DNA of 64,000 bases from Camelus dromedarius (taxonomy: Eukaryota): contig NC_087437.1 in assembly GCF_036321535.1 (NCBI RefSeq), positions 38,132,001 to 38,196,000 of the forward strand. Direction: 5' to 3'. The translations under genes and the position numbers were made by a program. How positions within the stretch are numbered: position 1 is the stretch's first letter; each line of letters opens with the position of its first letter. This document shows positions 1 to 13,064 of the stretch, in pieces. The notes beneath the pieces were generated by a model, which saw only the letters and a list, made by a program, of their open reading frames with translations, ran no database searches and had not been told where the DNA came from.

Positions 1-29
1 CAAGACAGTTTTTGTGCTGTTAGCAAATG

Positions 30-2367
30 CAGGCATATCTCATTTTATTGTTCTTCACTATTGCACACTGTCAATATTGCATTTATGCAAACTGAAGGTT
101 TGTGCCAATACTGCATTAAGCAATTCTTTGCTACCATTTTTTCCAAGAGCATTTGCTTACTTCCTGTCTCTGTGTCACATTCTGGTAATTCTCACGGTAT
201 TTCAAGCTTTTTTCATTATTATTATATTTGTTACAGTGATCTGTGATCAGTGATCTTTGATGTAACTATTGTAATTGTTTGGAACACCATGAACTGCACC
301 CACATAACATGGTGAACTTAATTGATAAATATTGTATGTGTTTTGACTACTCCATAGACCAGCTGTTCCCCTGTCACTCTCCCTGTCTTCAGGCCTCCCT
401 ATTCTCTGAGACACAACAGTTTTGAGATTCAGCCTAGTAATAACCCTACAATGGCTTTTCAGTGTTCAAGTGAAAGGTAGCATCTCACATTTTTCATTTT
501 AAATCAAAAGCTAGACATGGTTAAGCTTAGTGAGGAATGCCTGTAGAAAGCTGAGACAGGCTGAGAGCTAGGCCTCTTGTGTCAGGTAGCTAAGTTGTGA
601 ATGCAAGGGAAACGTTCTTGAAGGAAATTAGAAGTGCTACTCCAGTGAACACGAAAATGACAAGAACACAAAATGGCCTTATTACTTATATGGAGAAAGT
701 TTTAGTGGTCTGGATAGAAGGTCAAACCAGCCACAACATTCCCTTAAGCAAAGTTTAATCTAAAGCAATCCCTCTCTTCAATTCTGTCAAGAAAGTTTTG
801 ACGCTAGCAGAGGTTGGTTCATGAGATTTTATGAAAGAAGTCATCTCCATAACATAAAAGTGCAAGTTGAAGCAGCAAGTGCTGATGTAGAAGCTGCAGC
901 AAGTTATCCAGAAGGTCTAGTTGAGATGACTAATGACAGTGGCTACACTAAACAACAGATCTTCAACTTAAATGAAACGGCCTTATATTGGAAGTAGATG
1001 CCAGCCAGTACCTTCATAGCTACAGAGGAGAAGTCAATGCCTGCTTCCAAGCCACAAAGGACAGGTTGACTGTCATTATGGGCTAATGAAGCTGGTGACT
1101 TTAAGCTGAAGTCAGTGCTCATTTATCATTTCAAAAATCCTAGGGCACTTAGTAACTGTGCAAATCTGCTCTACCTGTGCTATATAAATGTAACAGCAAA
1201 GTCTGGATGACATGATATCTGTTTACAACATGATTTACTAAATATTTTAAGTCCATTATTGAGAACTACTGCTCAGGAAAAAAAATTCCTTTCAAAATTT
1301 TACTGCTATTTACAGTGTATCTGGTCACCCAAGAGCTCTAATGGAGACATCCAATGAGATTAATATTTTCTTGTCTGCTAACACAACACCCATGTTGCTG
1401 CCTATGAGTCAAGGAGTAATTTCCATTTTTAAGCCTTATTATTTAAGAAATACATCTTATAAGCTCATAGTTGCTGTAGAGATCTGGACAAAGTAAATTA
1501 AAAACCTGCTGAAAAGGATTCACCATTCTAGAAGCAATTAAAAATATTTGTGATTCATGGTAAGAGGTCAAAATACCAATATTAACAGGAGTTTGGAAGA
1601 AGTTGATTTCAACCCTCCTGGGTAACTTTGAGGGGTCCAAGACATCAGTAGAGGAAGTAACCGCAGATGTGGTAGAAATACCACGAGAACTAGAATTAGA
1701 AGTGGAGTCTGAAGGTGTGACTGAATCATTATAATCTCATGATAAAACTTGAATGGATGAGGAGTTGCTTCTTATGAATGAGTGAAGAAAGTGATTTCTT
1801 GAGACAGAATCTATTCCTGGTGAAGATTCAGAGAAGACTGTTGAAATAACAACAACAACAACAAAAAAATAGACTATGACATAAATTTAGTTCATAAAGC
1901 AGCAGCAGGTTTTGAGAGGACTGATTCCAATTTTGAAAGAAGTTCTAATGTGGGTAAATGCTGTGCTACAGAGAAGTCCTTCTTGAAAGGAAAAGTCAAT
2001 CAGTGTGGCAAGCTTCATTGTATCTCCTTTTAAAAAACTGCCACAGCCATCCCAGCCTCCAGCAACCACCACCCTGACCAGTCAGCAGTCATCAGCATCG
2101 AGGCAACACCCTCCACCAGCAAAAGGATTATAGCTCACCAAAGGCTCAGATGACAGTTAGCAATTTTTGGCAATAAAGTGTTTTTAAATTAAGGTATGTA
2201 TATTGTTTTTTTAAACACAATACTATTTCACACTTAATAGACTACAATATATTGTAAACATAACTTTTATCTGCACTGAGAAAACAAAAAATCTGTGTGA
2301 CTTGCTTTATTGTCGCTTTAGTGTGATGGACTGGAACAGAACCTGCAGTATCTCGGAGATATCCCTG
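30..2367 (+). mobile_element. Tigger1 DNA transposon (TcMar-Tigger), near full length, decayed transposase
   Basis: Starts CAGGCATATCTC and ends GAGATATCCCTG followed by TA (terminal inverted repeats). Internal sequence follows the recalled Tigger1 consensus, including the transposase start at 451 (ATGGCTTTTCAGTGTTCAAGTGAAAGG), with many stops and frameshifts. Confidence 0.95.
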
Positions 2368-3679
2368 TAAAATTTCTTGAATAATTATTTCATATTTTTT
2401 CATTCTTATACAATTTTCACTTTTGTGTTGTTTAATGCAATTGTGCATAGATAAAATTTTCAAATAAGTGCATAGACTTTTTAAAAGATCCACACTCGAG
2501 TCTTTAAGTGATAGGAATACATGTCAGAAATGTTTGGAGACTGCTATATTGATTGCCCTACCCGACGTTTAACTCAAGTACGTGAACCCTAAAGCAGTGA
2601 GAACAGTTGGCTCACATGGTAAACTTTTCTGGGACCAAGACAGACTGAGGAAAATTGCAGCAGGCATTCACCAGGCAAATTGAAACACCAACCTGACATT
2701 TTTCTGTTCTCCACCCCACCCCTTCCCTCTACACGTGCAAATATTTGTCTTTCCAAACATAAATGTCGTGTTTTTAACCAGTATTTGATGAGATAAAGCA
2801 GAAGATGGGCTTCTACTACAGAAAATGTGACTCTAGAGCTAGTGTTTTAATGATTCCTCTATTTTTTCTTTGTTTCTAACACTTACGACTTACATTTCAC
2901 ACTCTTCAAAATTTGTTGTTGAAATGTCAAGCCATGTTAAATAATATGGAGTCAGAGTGTTACATTCCTCTTCCTGTTTGTATTGAGGATGTCTTCAGTG
3001 TTTCCTTGCTGAGAATGATGTTGACTGCTAATTTAAATTGATGTTGGTATATAATTACATGTATATAGATACAATCATAGGAACAAATACTGCTTGTTTT
3101 CTTAGCTATTTGGGGAAGGTTTATAAGAATTCAGTGTTTATATTTACCTCTCATTTATCTTTTATTATATAGATGATAAGCTTGGCACATCATTGCATCC
3201 CCAGTGTAATGCTTACTTGGTCATGTAGCTTATTATTCTTAATATACACTTAGATCAAATTTAATAATACTTTATAATTTATGTGCTAGTCATAAATGCA
3301 TTTGTGCTTATTCTACATTCTTCATCTTTTTGTTGTTGTTTTGGTTGCTTTGTTCATCTTGTTTATTTTCCTTCCCTATGTATTAGAACATTTTGAATAG
3401 CATATATATATATTTATTATTCTTTCAATTTGAACTAGCCCATGAAATAATTTTGCACAATGTATTTAATTGGGTTGAAATACTTTGCAGTATGCTCACT
3501 TTATTCAGATGTTACTGGATTCTTCAGGTTTCTTACACCTTCTAGAGTTCATTTTGGAAGTTTACATTTTCCTAGAAAACTAGCATTTCATCTAAACATA
3601 CAAATTTATTTTATAATTTTGTATGAAGTTATATCTGATTTCTTTTACTTCCTTTTTTGTATATTTGGATTTTAATCCT

Positions 3680-4226
3680 TTAATAGCTTAACTGAGATAT
3701 AATTCACATACCATTTTAAAATGAATAATTCAATGCCTTTTAGTATATTCATGGAATTGAACAATCACCACCACAACCTAATTTTGGAACATTTTCATCA
3801 CTGCCAGAAAAGAAAACCCAGTACATATCAGCAATGACTCTCCATTCCTTTCCCACCCCTCAGCCTTGTCAACCTCTAATCTCTACTTTTTATCTCTCTC
3901 TTTTTGCCTCTTTTGGATATTTCATATAAGTGGAATAAAATAATTTGTGGCCTTGTGTGTCTGGGTTTTTATATTTAGTACAATTTCAAGATTTATTTTT
4001 GTTGTAGCATTCATCAATACTTAATTTCTTTTTGGCTGAATAATATTCTATTGTATGGATATATCAAATTTTGTTTATCCATTCACCTATTAATGGATTT
4101 TTGAGTTGTTTCCACATTTTGGTTGTTAAGAATAATACTGCTATGAATATTTATGTACCAGTTTTTACATGGATGTATGTTTTCATTTCTCTTGTACATA
4201 TACCTAGAAGTGGAATTGTTGGATCA
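3680..4226 (-). mobile_element. L1 (L1M-type) 3' end fragment
   Basis: Typical antisense L1 3'UTR/ORF2-end text (GAGATATAATTCACATACCAT ... CCTAGAAGTGGAATTGTTGGATCA). Confidence 0.85.
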
Positions 4227-4359
4227 AGTGTAATTTTTTATAAGATCATAATAATGATATTGGTTTAGAAATTCAGCAGAAATATATCTTAAAATGTTTA
4301 TTGGACTCCTTTATTCCTTCATATTTACAAAAAATTAATAAATTCCTTCTGCTTTTCAG

Positions 4360-4548
4360 GGACATTGCTGAAATTTTAAGAAAAATATGCATTAATGTAC
4401 CTTTCAGGGAAACATCTTAAATTTTACACATCTATGAGAGACTCATATGAATTTATTATGTGGAAATGAGCTATTGATTTTCTTCTTATTTGTCTCAAGG
4501 CGAGTTCCATACAAGATATGAATTGGAGCTATATAAGGAATTAAGAGT
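4360..4548 (+). pseudogene. Candidate decayed exon a (DIAEILRKICI...YLSQGEFHTRYELELYKELR), TPR-like, 3 in-frame stops
   Basis: Acceptor TTCCTTCTGCTTTTCAG, donor GT/GTAAGT, 189 nt. Phase link to the next exon is not resolved. Confidence 0.45.
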
Positions 4549-6321
4549 GTAAGTATGGGGAATTGGTAAGATCTCCACGTGGAAAGTATACAGCATCAAA
4601 CAAAAATCATTCAATTGTCTGTGTGCAAAGTTACAATCGACTTTACAGTTTTCATCAAGGCAAATGATACATGCAAGAATGTTGAGATTTTACTGTTGAA
4701 TTCTTTATCAAATGAAAATGCTTAAATTATGCTATTCATTAGGACCTGTGCATATACATGCATGTTTATATCTGTCTACACACACCTCCACACATGTACC
4801 ACACAAAAGGTTTCTATATCAATCAGAATATTTATACATCAAGATCTCTAAAATTTAAGAAGTCTAAAGTAAAACAAATTATTTTTGTCTCTCCACACAA
4901 TGTCTTCACCTTTCTTAGACATTTTATTAAAAGCCACCAAAATGCTTAAATTGTATAAGACAGAATCTTACACATTTCTAAATACAAATTCGGAATCGTC
5001 TCAACCCTTTCCTTTCCTACAGGATCCTGCATAGTTTAGATTCTGCTTATTACTTCAGAATCATTCCATTTTATTCCCCAAACACCAGGTCTCTGTAATC
5101 CATCTATAATGGCCTTTACTCAAATTCGCCAGTACCATTCTTCTCCTGTTGTCCGGAATTCTTGATTGGCTTCTTTCTTGTTCTCCAAGAATCAGATAGA
5201 TTCTCTTTTGATCACTAGGATTTCTAGGATAGAAACCTCATTCTAGACCCTGTTTATTTCCTTTGGAGCACTCCTCAGCATGAGGAGTAATTTTGTTTAT
5301 TTTTTTCTCTCCCCTACACTAAAATACAAGCTCCAATAAGGAAAAAGATCATGCCCATTATTTTCACCTTGCAGAATTATTGGCATTAGAAGTCATGGAA
5401 TACATATTTATAAATTGAAAACTTAAAATAAAAAATCAAATCAGGTGAGGGTTAATCTCCTGGAAATTCATTAGAAAACTAATAAACAAGCTAGCAAGCA
5501 AATAGCGAACTATCACATAGACTCAAAATGAATGAAATTTACTCTGTTTTTAAAACAACATATTCTAGTTTTCATATGTGCAAATTGCCAGGAAAAATAT
5601 AAAGTAAATCCTTGTTACTTTCATAGTATTTACAAAGGTTAAAAATTCCTTTAAATATTAATATCAAGTATAATATAAGGTAGAGAAATAAATGAGGTAG
5701 AGAAAAATTTGTCTTTTCTAAGTAGTGATTATGAAGGATGTATTAAAAGATTTATCCTTAAAATATCCTTAAAATACCAAACACATAGTAGAGAGAATAG
5801 TGAATAGTGACAATGTAAGACCATACATTTTTCCTAAATATGCTGACATTGTTCAAAGTATTTCTGGATCTTCTCTTGGGATTATTCTTGGAGGCTACAG
5901 TGTATTCCTTTCTACATTTCCCATCAAGGAAAATGTTTATCATTTAAAAGTGGATTCAATTTTTGGAAACCACACAACCGATTTTGAGCCAAGTTTATTA
6001 AATAAGAGAGTGATTAAGTTGGAAGATGCGGTCTAAATCAAAGAAAAACAATGTAACTGAAGTAGTAAGACTAAACTTCATGGTCAGCTTACAAAACTAA
6101 TCCTGAGCTAAGTCCCAAAAAAGAAATTCCAAAGGTTTCAGAAAAAGGTCTATAATAGTGAAATAATTTCATTGATTCATAAATGTGACATAAATTTCTA
6201 ATAGGTCTGTCTAAAAATTAACCTCTCGCTATTAGCAACATTCTGTTGATATTTTGTTCTATGTTGTTAATTCATTTAAAACTCCTAAGGTCATTACTTG
6301 TATGCTTCAATATAATTTGAG

Positions 6322-6328
6322 TTTCTTC

Positions 6329-6407
<79 letters not shown>

Positions 6408-6426
6408 TTCTTTTCTTTCTTTTTTC
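6322..6426 (+). repeat. (TTTC)n microsatellite
   Basis: Direct reading of tandem TTTC units. Confidence 0.97.
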
Positions 6427-6433
6427 ACTGGAG

Positions 6434-6520
6434 GATAATAATGCATATATTTTGCTAAATTACTCACGGAGAGAGAAAGAATTGAAAATTGTTGACAGAG
6501 TGTTTGACAGCAGTATAAAT
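6434..6520 (+). pseudogene. Candidate exon b (DNNAYILLNYSRREKELKIVDRVFDSSIN)
   Basis: Follows the TTTC pyrimidine tract; atypical GAG acceptor; GTGAGT donor at 6521 (alternative GTGAGT donor at 6544); open 29 codons. Confidence 0.45.
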
Positions 6521-7865
6521 GTGAGTTTGGTCACTCCAAACTGGTGAGTTAAATTCTATTTTATTTTTCTTTAAACCTTTGAATTAATAAATATATAACA
6601 ATAAATACATGATAAAATAAAAATAATATAAATAAATATTTAATAACTATGTCTCTAGATTAGTTTTTTAATCAAAATTTGATGTATCTAATATCAAAAT
6701 GCTAAAATGATCTATCATTTGTCTTTTACTGAAAATTAATATTCATCAAAATTGTTCAAGTTATACAGCTGAAATTATGCTTAATGTAGTAATTAACTTT
6801 TCTACTCATAGATTAAACAGCCATGATTTTAAAAATAAAATATTATAAGAATAATATACAAATCAAGAAACTTACTTGCCAGCACAAGAAACCAATTCTC
6901 TTTAATGTAATGGAAATTGGATTTATTAAAAGATAGGTGAACAAGAACTCAGCCCATCTCACCAGAAATCTGGTTTGAATGTTTTTCTGGTGCCAACTCT
7001 AATGAACATTGAATTCATGAGACACCTGGAAGGCCATCTCAACTGCATCTTCTTGCTTGTGTTACATTTTTTCTTCCGAACTCAAACTCTTGAGAAGTTC
7101 CTGAATGAGTGAAATTGACCATTAGCTTCCAGGGCCCTGGGAGAATGAATACCTGGTCTGACATCTATAGCCTGAATCAGATCTTGTCCTTTCATCAAAA
7201 TCCACAAAGAGCTGGATTGCCAAAGTTAGCAATATGTTTAAATGATAGGGAATTAAGAAAAGAGGAAAAGCAAAATTTCCACCACTGTTCTTTTTAATGA
7301 AAGTGCTTTAAGATGAACAGGTTGTTAATTATTAGAGAGTATTGACACTCATATTCTACTTACTAATAATATATATACTAAAAATATACTCCTAGTTAGG
7401 AAAACCCCACTCAGAGTGACTCAATGGTATGGATACAAAAGGAAATGTAACCTTAACATACTACTTGGTATTTCTTATTGTTAATGTTGTTTTCTGTTGT
7501 CACTTACTTTTATTTTTATTCCTATTCTTGCATGTTTTTGTTTTTAACTTTATAAAATTAGCATGGTAAAGAGACATAGCGAACCGGGGAATGATTAAGA
7601 TCTGAAAGAAGATGGATTCTCAGTGCAGAGAGAAAAATGGAAAACAGCAGTACTATTTATTACCTTCATCTTGCAAAGTAGAAAGTCAATATTGTTGAGG
7701 CGACAGACTAGACCTAAAAGTTACAGCATTTTATTTAAAAGTTATAGACACAAACTATAGAAAATTTAAAACAGTATCATAATCTGTAAAATAATATATA
7801 ATCTGTATATGGAACTGTGACGAAGCAGAGACAGTAAAACATTTGGGAAGAGTATCAATCAATCC

Positions 7866-8290
7866 TTGCTGTGAAATAAAGCCTTCAAAACTCAGTGACA
7901 TATAATTCTCAGTCATGTGTCTGCAGGTCACCTGGGGTGGGGAACATCTGATCTGCTCAGATACACTGGACAGCTCTGCTTCAAGCTGCACATCTGCTTG
8001 GACTTGGCTCCTGCTTTTGGTTTGACTTATGTCTGCTTCTCATGTCTCTTACCTTCCTTGGACCAGTACATTCCTTGGGGCAAATTCTTCTTATGGTGAA
8101 GGCAGAAACAGAGGGTATGGGGAAACATGCAAAAGCTCTTAGGTCCAGGTTTGAAAATAGCACAAAAACCGTGACTAATACACATCACATTGGCCAGAAC
8201 AAGTCTAGTGACCAAGCTAAAATGATAAGAAATGGAAAATCATCTACTAAAGCTGAGGATCCAGATTTGGAGTCAATAATTCAATTTACT
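7866..8290. mobile_element. MaLR (MLT1-type) LTR, ancient
   Basis: AAAACTCAGTGACATATAA ... CACATCACATTGGCCAGAACAAGTC motifs typical of MLT1 LTRs. Confidence 0.65.
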
Positions 8291-9124
8291 GCAGTATAAA
8301 CATCAGATAAACTAAAATCAGGAACAAGAAAAGAGTGACTGCTTTGGGGAATGGTATTAGAAGACAGGAAAGATGAGATGGGTGGTTATTCCCTTTTATC
8401 CTAAGCCATTCTGTATTTTGAGTCATAGAACATTTGCATTGTATTACTTTGTTGAACAGGAAAAAAAAAGTATAGAAGAACAAAACACATGTGTGATTAA
8501 TAGCAACAAAAGAGAACTATAAATGACTATTATTTTAAATTGGCATACATTTATTATTAGAAAATATAAAGAATTTCTGAAACCAAATTTTAGGTATTCC
8601 TTATTTTATACATCTATCATATTAAATAACTGAAACCATAATTAATCTGCTTCACACTAAAGATTTTTCCTAAAAATGCATTTTTACAATAAAAATATAG
8701 AAAAAGGATCTTGATAAGAATATAGGTTGAAAATAATACAAAATTATATAATATTATGATTATATTTAACACAAATTATATATTTTAGGATGATTTTCAT
8801 GAGGGTTTCTTTCTTTCATTTTACTTTCACTGATTTTATACTATTATATTACTTTCAGACTGCAATTATGCCAGTTAAATATTAAATAATGTACAATAAG
8901 AACACAGGAAAAAATGTATCATTGGTAGAGAAAAATTTATTTGGGGTGTCTTATAATATCTATTTACCTTTATAAAACCTAATTTCTAAAAGAAAAGTAC
9001 TATAGAGGAGCCAACAAATAGTTTGACAAAATGACACTTACATTTTAATAAAATGACATAAAAATAAGTTGAAATCCATATGCTCTGTTTTAAGTCCTGT
9101 GAGTCTTTTTCAGTTACGCTAGCT

Positions 9125-9325
9125 AATTTTTAAACATTTACAATGTTCCAGACTCTGTAACAAATGTTTTAAATTATCAGCTTTAATCTTCACAATGACT
9201 CTGTAGGGTAGGTACCAATATTTTTCCCATTTTACAGATAAGGAAATTGAGTTTCTCAGGGAGATCAGTGAATGTACAAAGGTGACACAAAGAGTAAATG
9301 CTGAAGTGGCAATTATTCTGAGGTT
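9125..9325 (-). mobile_element. MIR SINE
   Basis: Core motif CCCATTTTACAGATAAGGAAATTGAG ... AAGGTGACACA. Confidence 0.8.
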
Positions 9326-9393
9326 TTTCCTCTTCAGTTTCTTGTTCTTAACAATGCTACAAGAATGAATACCTTTCTCAATGTATCTTCTAG

Positions 9394-9547
9394 TATATTC
9401 ATATTGCAAAGAACATTGTACAGATTGCAAAGTTGTAATATTACATAGGTGAGTATACAATTGCACAAGAGAGGAGAGGAAAACCAATGGGAAAATTATT
9501 TGAGAATTTCCTTTAAAAAGATCATCCAATTTTAGATGATATCAAAG
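9394..9547 (+). pseudogene. Candidate exon c, TPR-like (YIHIAKNIVQIAKL*YYIGEYTIAQE...LFENFL*KDHPILDDIK)
   Basis: Acceptor TATCTTCTAG, strong donor AAG/GTAAGT, TAA stops at 9436 and 9514. Pattern resembles the HP..A..L..LA.LY...G.Y..A...LG.DHP repeat of KLC/NPHP3-type TPRs. Confidence 0.6.
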
Positions 9548-9815
9548 GTAAGTAAAAATATTTCAAATAGAGATTGGGAGATTCCAAGTGTATTAGAAAG
9601 TGAATAGGTAGATGGAAATGAAAATAGAAGTAATTTTACATTTTAACTGTTATTCTAGCAAACTGAAGGCCAGTATGTTGAAAGAAGGCTAAGGCCTGTT
9701 TATTGATGACTCTTTCATCACAAAGTTCAGATTTTCAAGTGTAGGTATTTTAAATAATTTTTATTTTTGCATTTATTCTATCACATATCTTCTGCTTATT
9801 TTTTTTCCATCACAG

Positions 9816-9894
9816 TCTATATCTTAGCAGTTTTATCAGCAAGAGTTAAGAACAGAGAATGCAATTAATTAAAGAAGTTTTATTTACAGATCTA
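9816..9894 (+). pseudogene. Candidate exon d (LYLSSFISKS*EQRMQLIKEVLFTDL)
   Basis: Acceptor TTTTTTTTCCATCACAG, donor CTA/GTAAAT, one TAA. Needs a 1-nt frameshift relative to exon c. Confidence 0.45.
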
Positions 9895-10499
9895 GTAAAT
9901 GGTTTAGTAGAGATTAAACTATTGACTTGTCCCTTGGCCTCCCATGGGTTCAATAGATAACAGACCTAGTTAGGTATTAAGAAGAAATGCTTTATTCAGA
10001 ATTATAAGTGCACAGAGTGGAGCAATCGAGACTCTGGGGAACTCGTGGCATTAAGATTCCCCATTTTCACAGCCCCAAAAAATTCAAAAGGAAAACAAAA
10101 GTCATTATGAGTTGGCATTAAATGTACTTTCAATTACATAAAATGGCATTGAAATTTCTGTAGTCTGATCCATCAGCTCACTGACCAACAAAAATGAGGT
10201 TTAATTGCTCTTAAATGATTCAAAACTTTCAGAGTATCTGTACCACCGTTACAGCAGTTAAGTTTCCAATGGACTTGTATTCCAAATACAGATGGTCCTT
10301 AATTAAAATCAAGCCAGCCTGGTTATAGCTGCAAACGCTTTAGGTCAGTGAAATCCCCGCTTACAGTTTCTTCATCTCACACATACAGGGCACAGACACA
10401 CGGATATTTTCTTTCTTATGTAAAAGAAAGAGAACAATGGACACTTTTGTTTTCCTGTTACAAAGGTTATAAAATCAATATATTCCTGATCACAATGAC

Positions 10500-11019
10500 T
10501 GTAATGTTCCCCTCAACTTGGCTAAACTTTAGACAGATTTATTCTCAACTATAGTACCCCGTCTCCCTTTTCTTAGAGCATTTACTTTAGAAAACTTGTA
10601 ATTACAAATTCTCTCTCTGCCCCCTTTAAAATGTACATAAATTCCCTTAAAAGTATTTGGACAGTTTTATGACCCAAGGAATGTCTTTCTCAAGGACCTG
10701 GGAGCCATCCCTGTGAAATATAATCATCAAGGAAGACAGTGCTCCAGTATCTCAGTCTCTGTGGGAGGGAGAAATCTAATTTGGGTGGGTATATCCTGGA
10801 CCTCCTGTCTTGAGGATACGAGAAAGTTCAATTTCCCTTTGGGTAAGGCCAATAAACAAATGCCAGTAGCCTAAGATTTCCCTCCAAACTCACCTGGTAA
10901 GACTCTCCAACACTTTGTTTCAGTGGAGTTGAAGAGTAATTTCTTTTCCCTACAAAAATCATCTTGGATAAAGTCCTCCTTGACTGTTTAACTTCACCCA
11001 ATGCAAGTTTTCTTTGACA
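10500..11019 (+). mobile_element. ERV1 solo LTR (MER34/MER39-like)
   Basis: TG...CA ends (TTTCTTTGACA); TTAGAGCATTTACTTTAGAAAACTTGTAATT and CTCAAGGACCTGGGAGCCATCC motifs; degenerate poly(A) signal near 10968. Confidence 0.75.
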
Positions 11020-11419
11020 TTATTCAAAATACTTTACTGTGGAGACCTTTTTTTTTTTTTTTATGTTTTAGAGTGTTTCTGCACTCATATATGAAATATA
11101 TAAATACTTATGATAGATACAAAATTAAATCTTGTTAATTGGGCTTAAATAAAGTCAGTGGGCAAAGGACTTTGAAGACTTCTAAATCTCCAAACCTTGT
11201 CCTTGGATGATATATTAATATTTTATTTTTTCCTTTTCCCCAAAGAAAACAGCAACAAACAACAGTGGAAGGCAGTTGAAAAAATAACAGACACTCATCA
11301 AAATGTAAGTTCTATAATTCGGGAATTGAATGACTAGCCTATAAACTATTATACTAAATGTATTTTTGCTAGTTATCTTTAAACATGCCTTTAAATACTA
11401 TATTCCACTTAAAGTTCTT

Positions 11420-12535
11420 ACAAACAAATGGCTATATTTCTCTGTGCTTATTTATTTTATACATAGTAGTTTGTATCTCTTAATCTCATACCCCTATCTT
11501 GCCTCTCCCCCCTCCCTTCTCCTCACTGATAACTACTTGTTTGTTCTCTGTATTTGTGAGTGTTTCTGTTTTGTTATACACATTAGTTTCATTTTTCAGA
11601 TTCCACATAAAAGTGATAACATAGAATATTTTATCTTTCTCTACCTCATTTCACTTAAGCATGATACTCTCTAAGTCTATCTATGTTGTTGTATATAGCA
11701 GAATTCCATTTTTATGGCTGAGTAATATTCCATTATATATATCATATATATATATATAATGGGCAATTGGGTTGCTCCCATATCTTGGCTATTGTAAATA
11801 ATACTGCTATGAACAGTGGGATGCACATATCTTTTCAAATTACTGTTTTCATTTTCTTTAGAGATATACCCAGGAGTAGAATTGCTGGATCATATAGTAA
11901 TTCTATTTTAATTTTTTGAGGAATTTGCATATTGTTTTTCATAGTGGCTACATCAATTTACAATTTCATCAACAGTGTACAAGGGTTCTCTTTTATCCAC
12001 ACCCTGGCCAACATATGTTATTTGGAGACTTTTTTTTTTTTGATAACCATTTTTACAGATGTGAGGTGATGTCTCATTGTGGTTTTGATTTGCATGTCCC
12101 TGATGATCAGTGATGCTGAGCATTTTTTCATATGCCTTTTGGCCATCTGTGTATCTTCTTTGGAAAAATGTCTATTTAAGTCTTCTGCCCACTTTTTAAT
12201 AAGATTTTTTTTGACATTGAGTTATATGAACTGTTTATGTATTTTGGATATTAACCCCCTATGTTGAGATTTGTCCCCTCTATGCCAACTTTGATGGGTG
12301 CTTTTATCATGAATGGATGTTGAATTTAGTCAAATATTTTTTCTACATGTATTGAGATGATCATATGATTTTTATCCTTCTTTTTGTTAACATGGTGAAT
12401 CACATTGATTGATGTGCAAATATTGAACCAACCTATCATCCCTGGAATAAATGCCACTTCATCATGGTGTATGTCCCTTTTTAACATATTGTTGAGTTAT
12501 ATTTGCTAATATTTTGTTGAGGATTTTTGTGTTAA
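11420..12535 (-). mobile_element. L1 3' end and ORF2 fragments (artiodactyl L1)
   Basis: Antisense L1 text: CAGATTCCACATAAAAGTGATAAC, TGATGCTGAGCATTTTTTCATATGCC, GAATGGATGTTGAATTT. Confidence 0.9.
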
Positions 12536-12889
12536 CATATAAACTACTTATACTAGAGTTAGAAGTTTTTTTATAAAGAAAAATTCAGTAACTAAAAGAG
12601 AATGTTATATTGTGAAAAACAAGAGTGCAGGAATCTGAGTTTTTTTGCAAGATGGAGGGCAGAAACCACTTATTGCCCATTTCACATTTCCTTGTCTGTT
12701 CCTCCTTACACTTCCCCAACACTTCCCTTTTGCTTGGTTGAAGAACCGTGAAAGTACATCAGCAGAATGTGTGGTTTCAATACTTACTGAGGCTTAGGGA
12801 TAAAGGACAAATGAATCATCCAAATACATTTGGCACCATTACTGGACATTTTCTTGCCCACCATTCAATAGCTGTTTTTTCATAAGGGG

Positions 12890-13060
12890 CAGAGTTAAGA
12901 GCATAATATGGAGTGAGACTCCCCAAGTTCAAAACTTGATTCTCCTGCTTTCAGGTAAAATGAGGAAATTATAGCACCCAACCTTTAGGATGGTTGAAAA
13001 GAAAGATGTAATCCTATAAAGAACTTAGCACAGTGCTTGGTGTTGTTAAATGTTAGTTAT
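12890..13060 (+). mobile_element. MIR SINE fragment
   Basis: GTTAAGAGCAT ... GTAAAATGAGG ... CTTAGCACAGTGCTTGG. Confidence 0.65.
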
Positions 13061-13064
13061 TATT

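Noticed and set aside
5800..6190. 78-aa + strand ORF between exons a and b
   Set aside because: No splice signals; downstream sequence resembles an ancient mariner-type (MARNA-like) remnant.
6876..7215. Possible minus-strand exon ending at a GTAAGT donor (6870-6875)
   Set aside because: No convincing acceptor or frame, and no partner exons found.
9119..9529. 136-aa minus-strand ORF
   Set aside because: Spans a MIR and the antisense of candidate exon c; no independent support.
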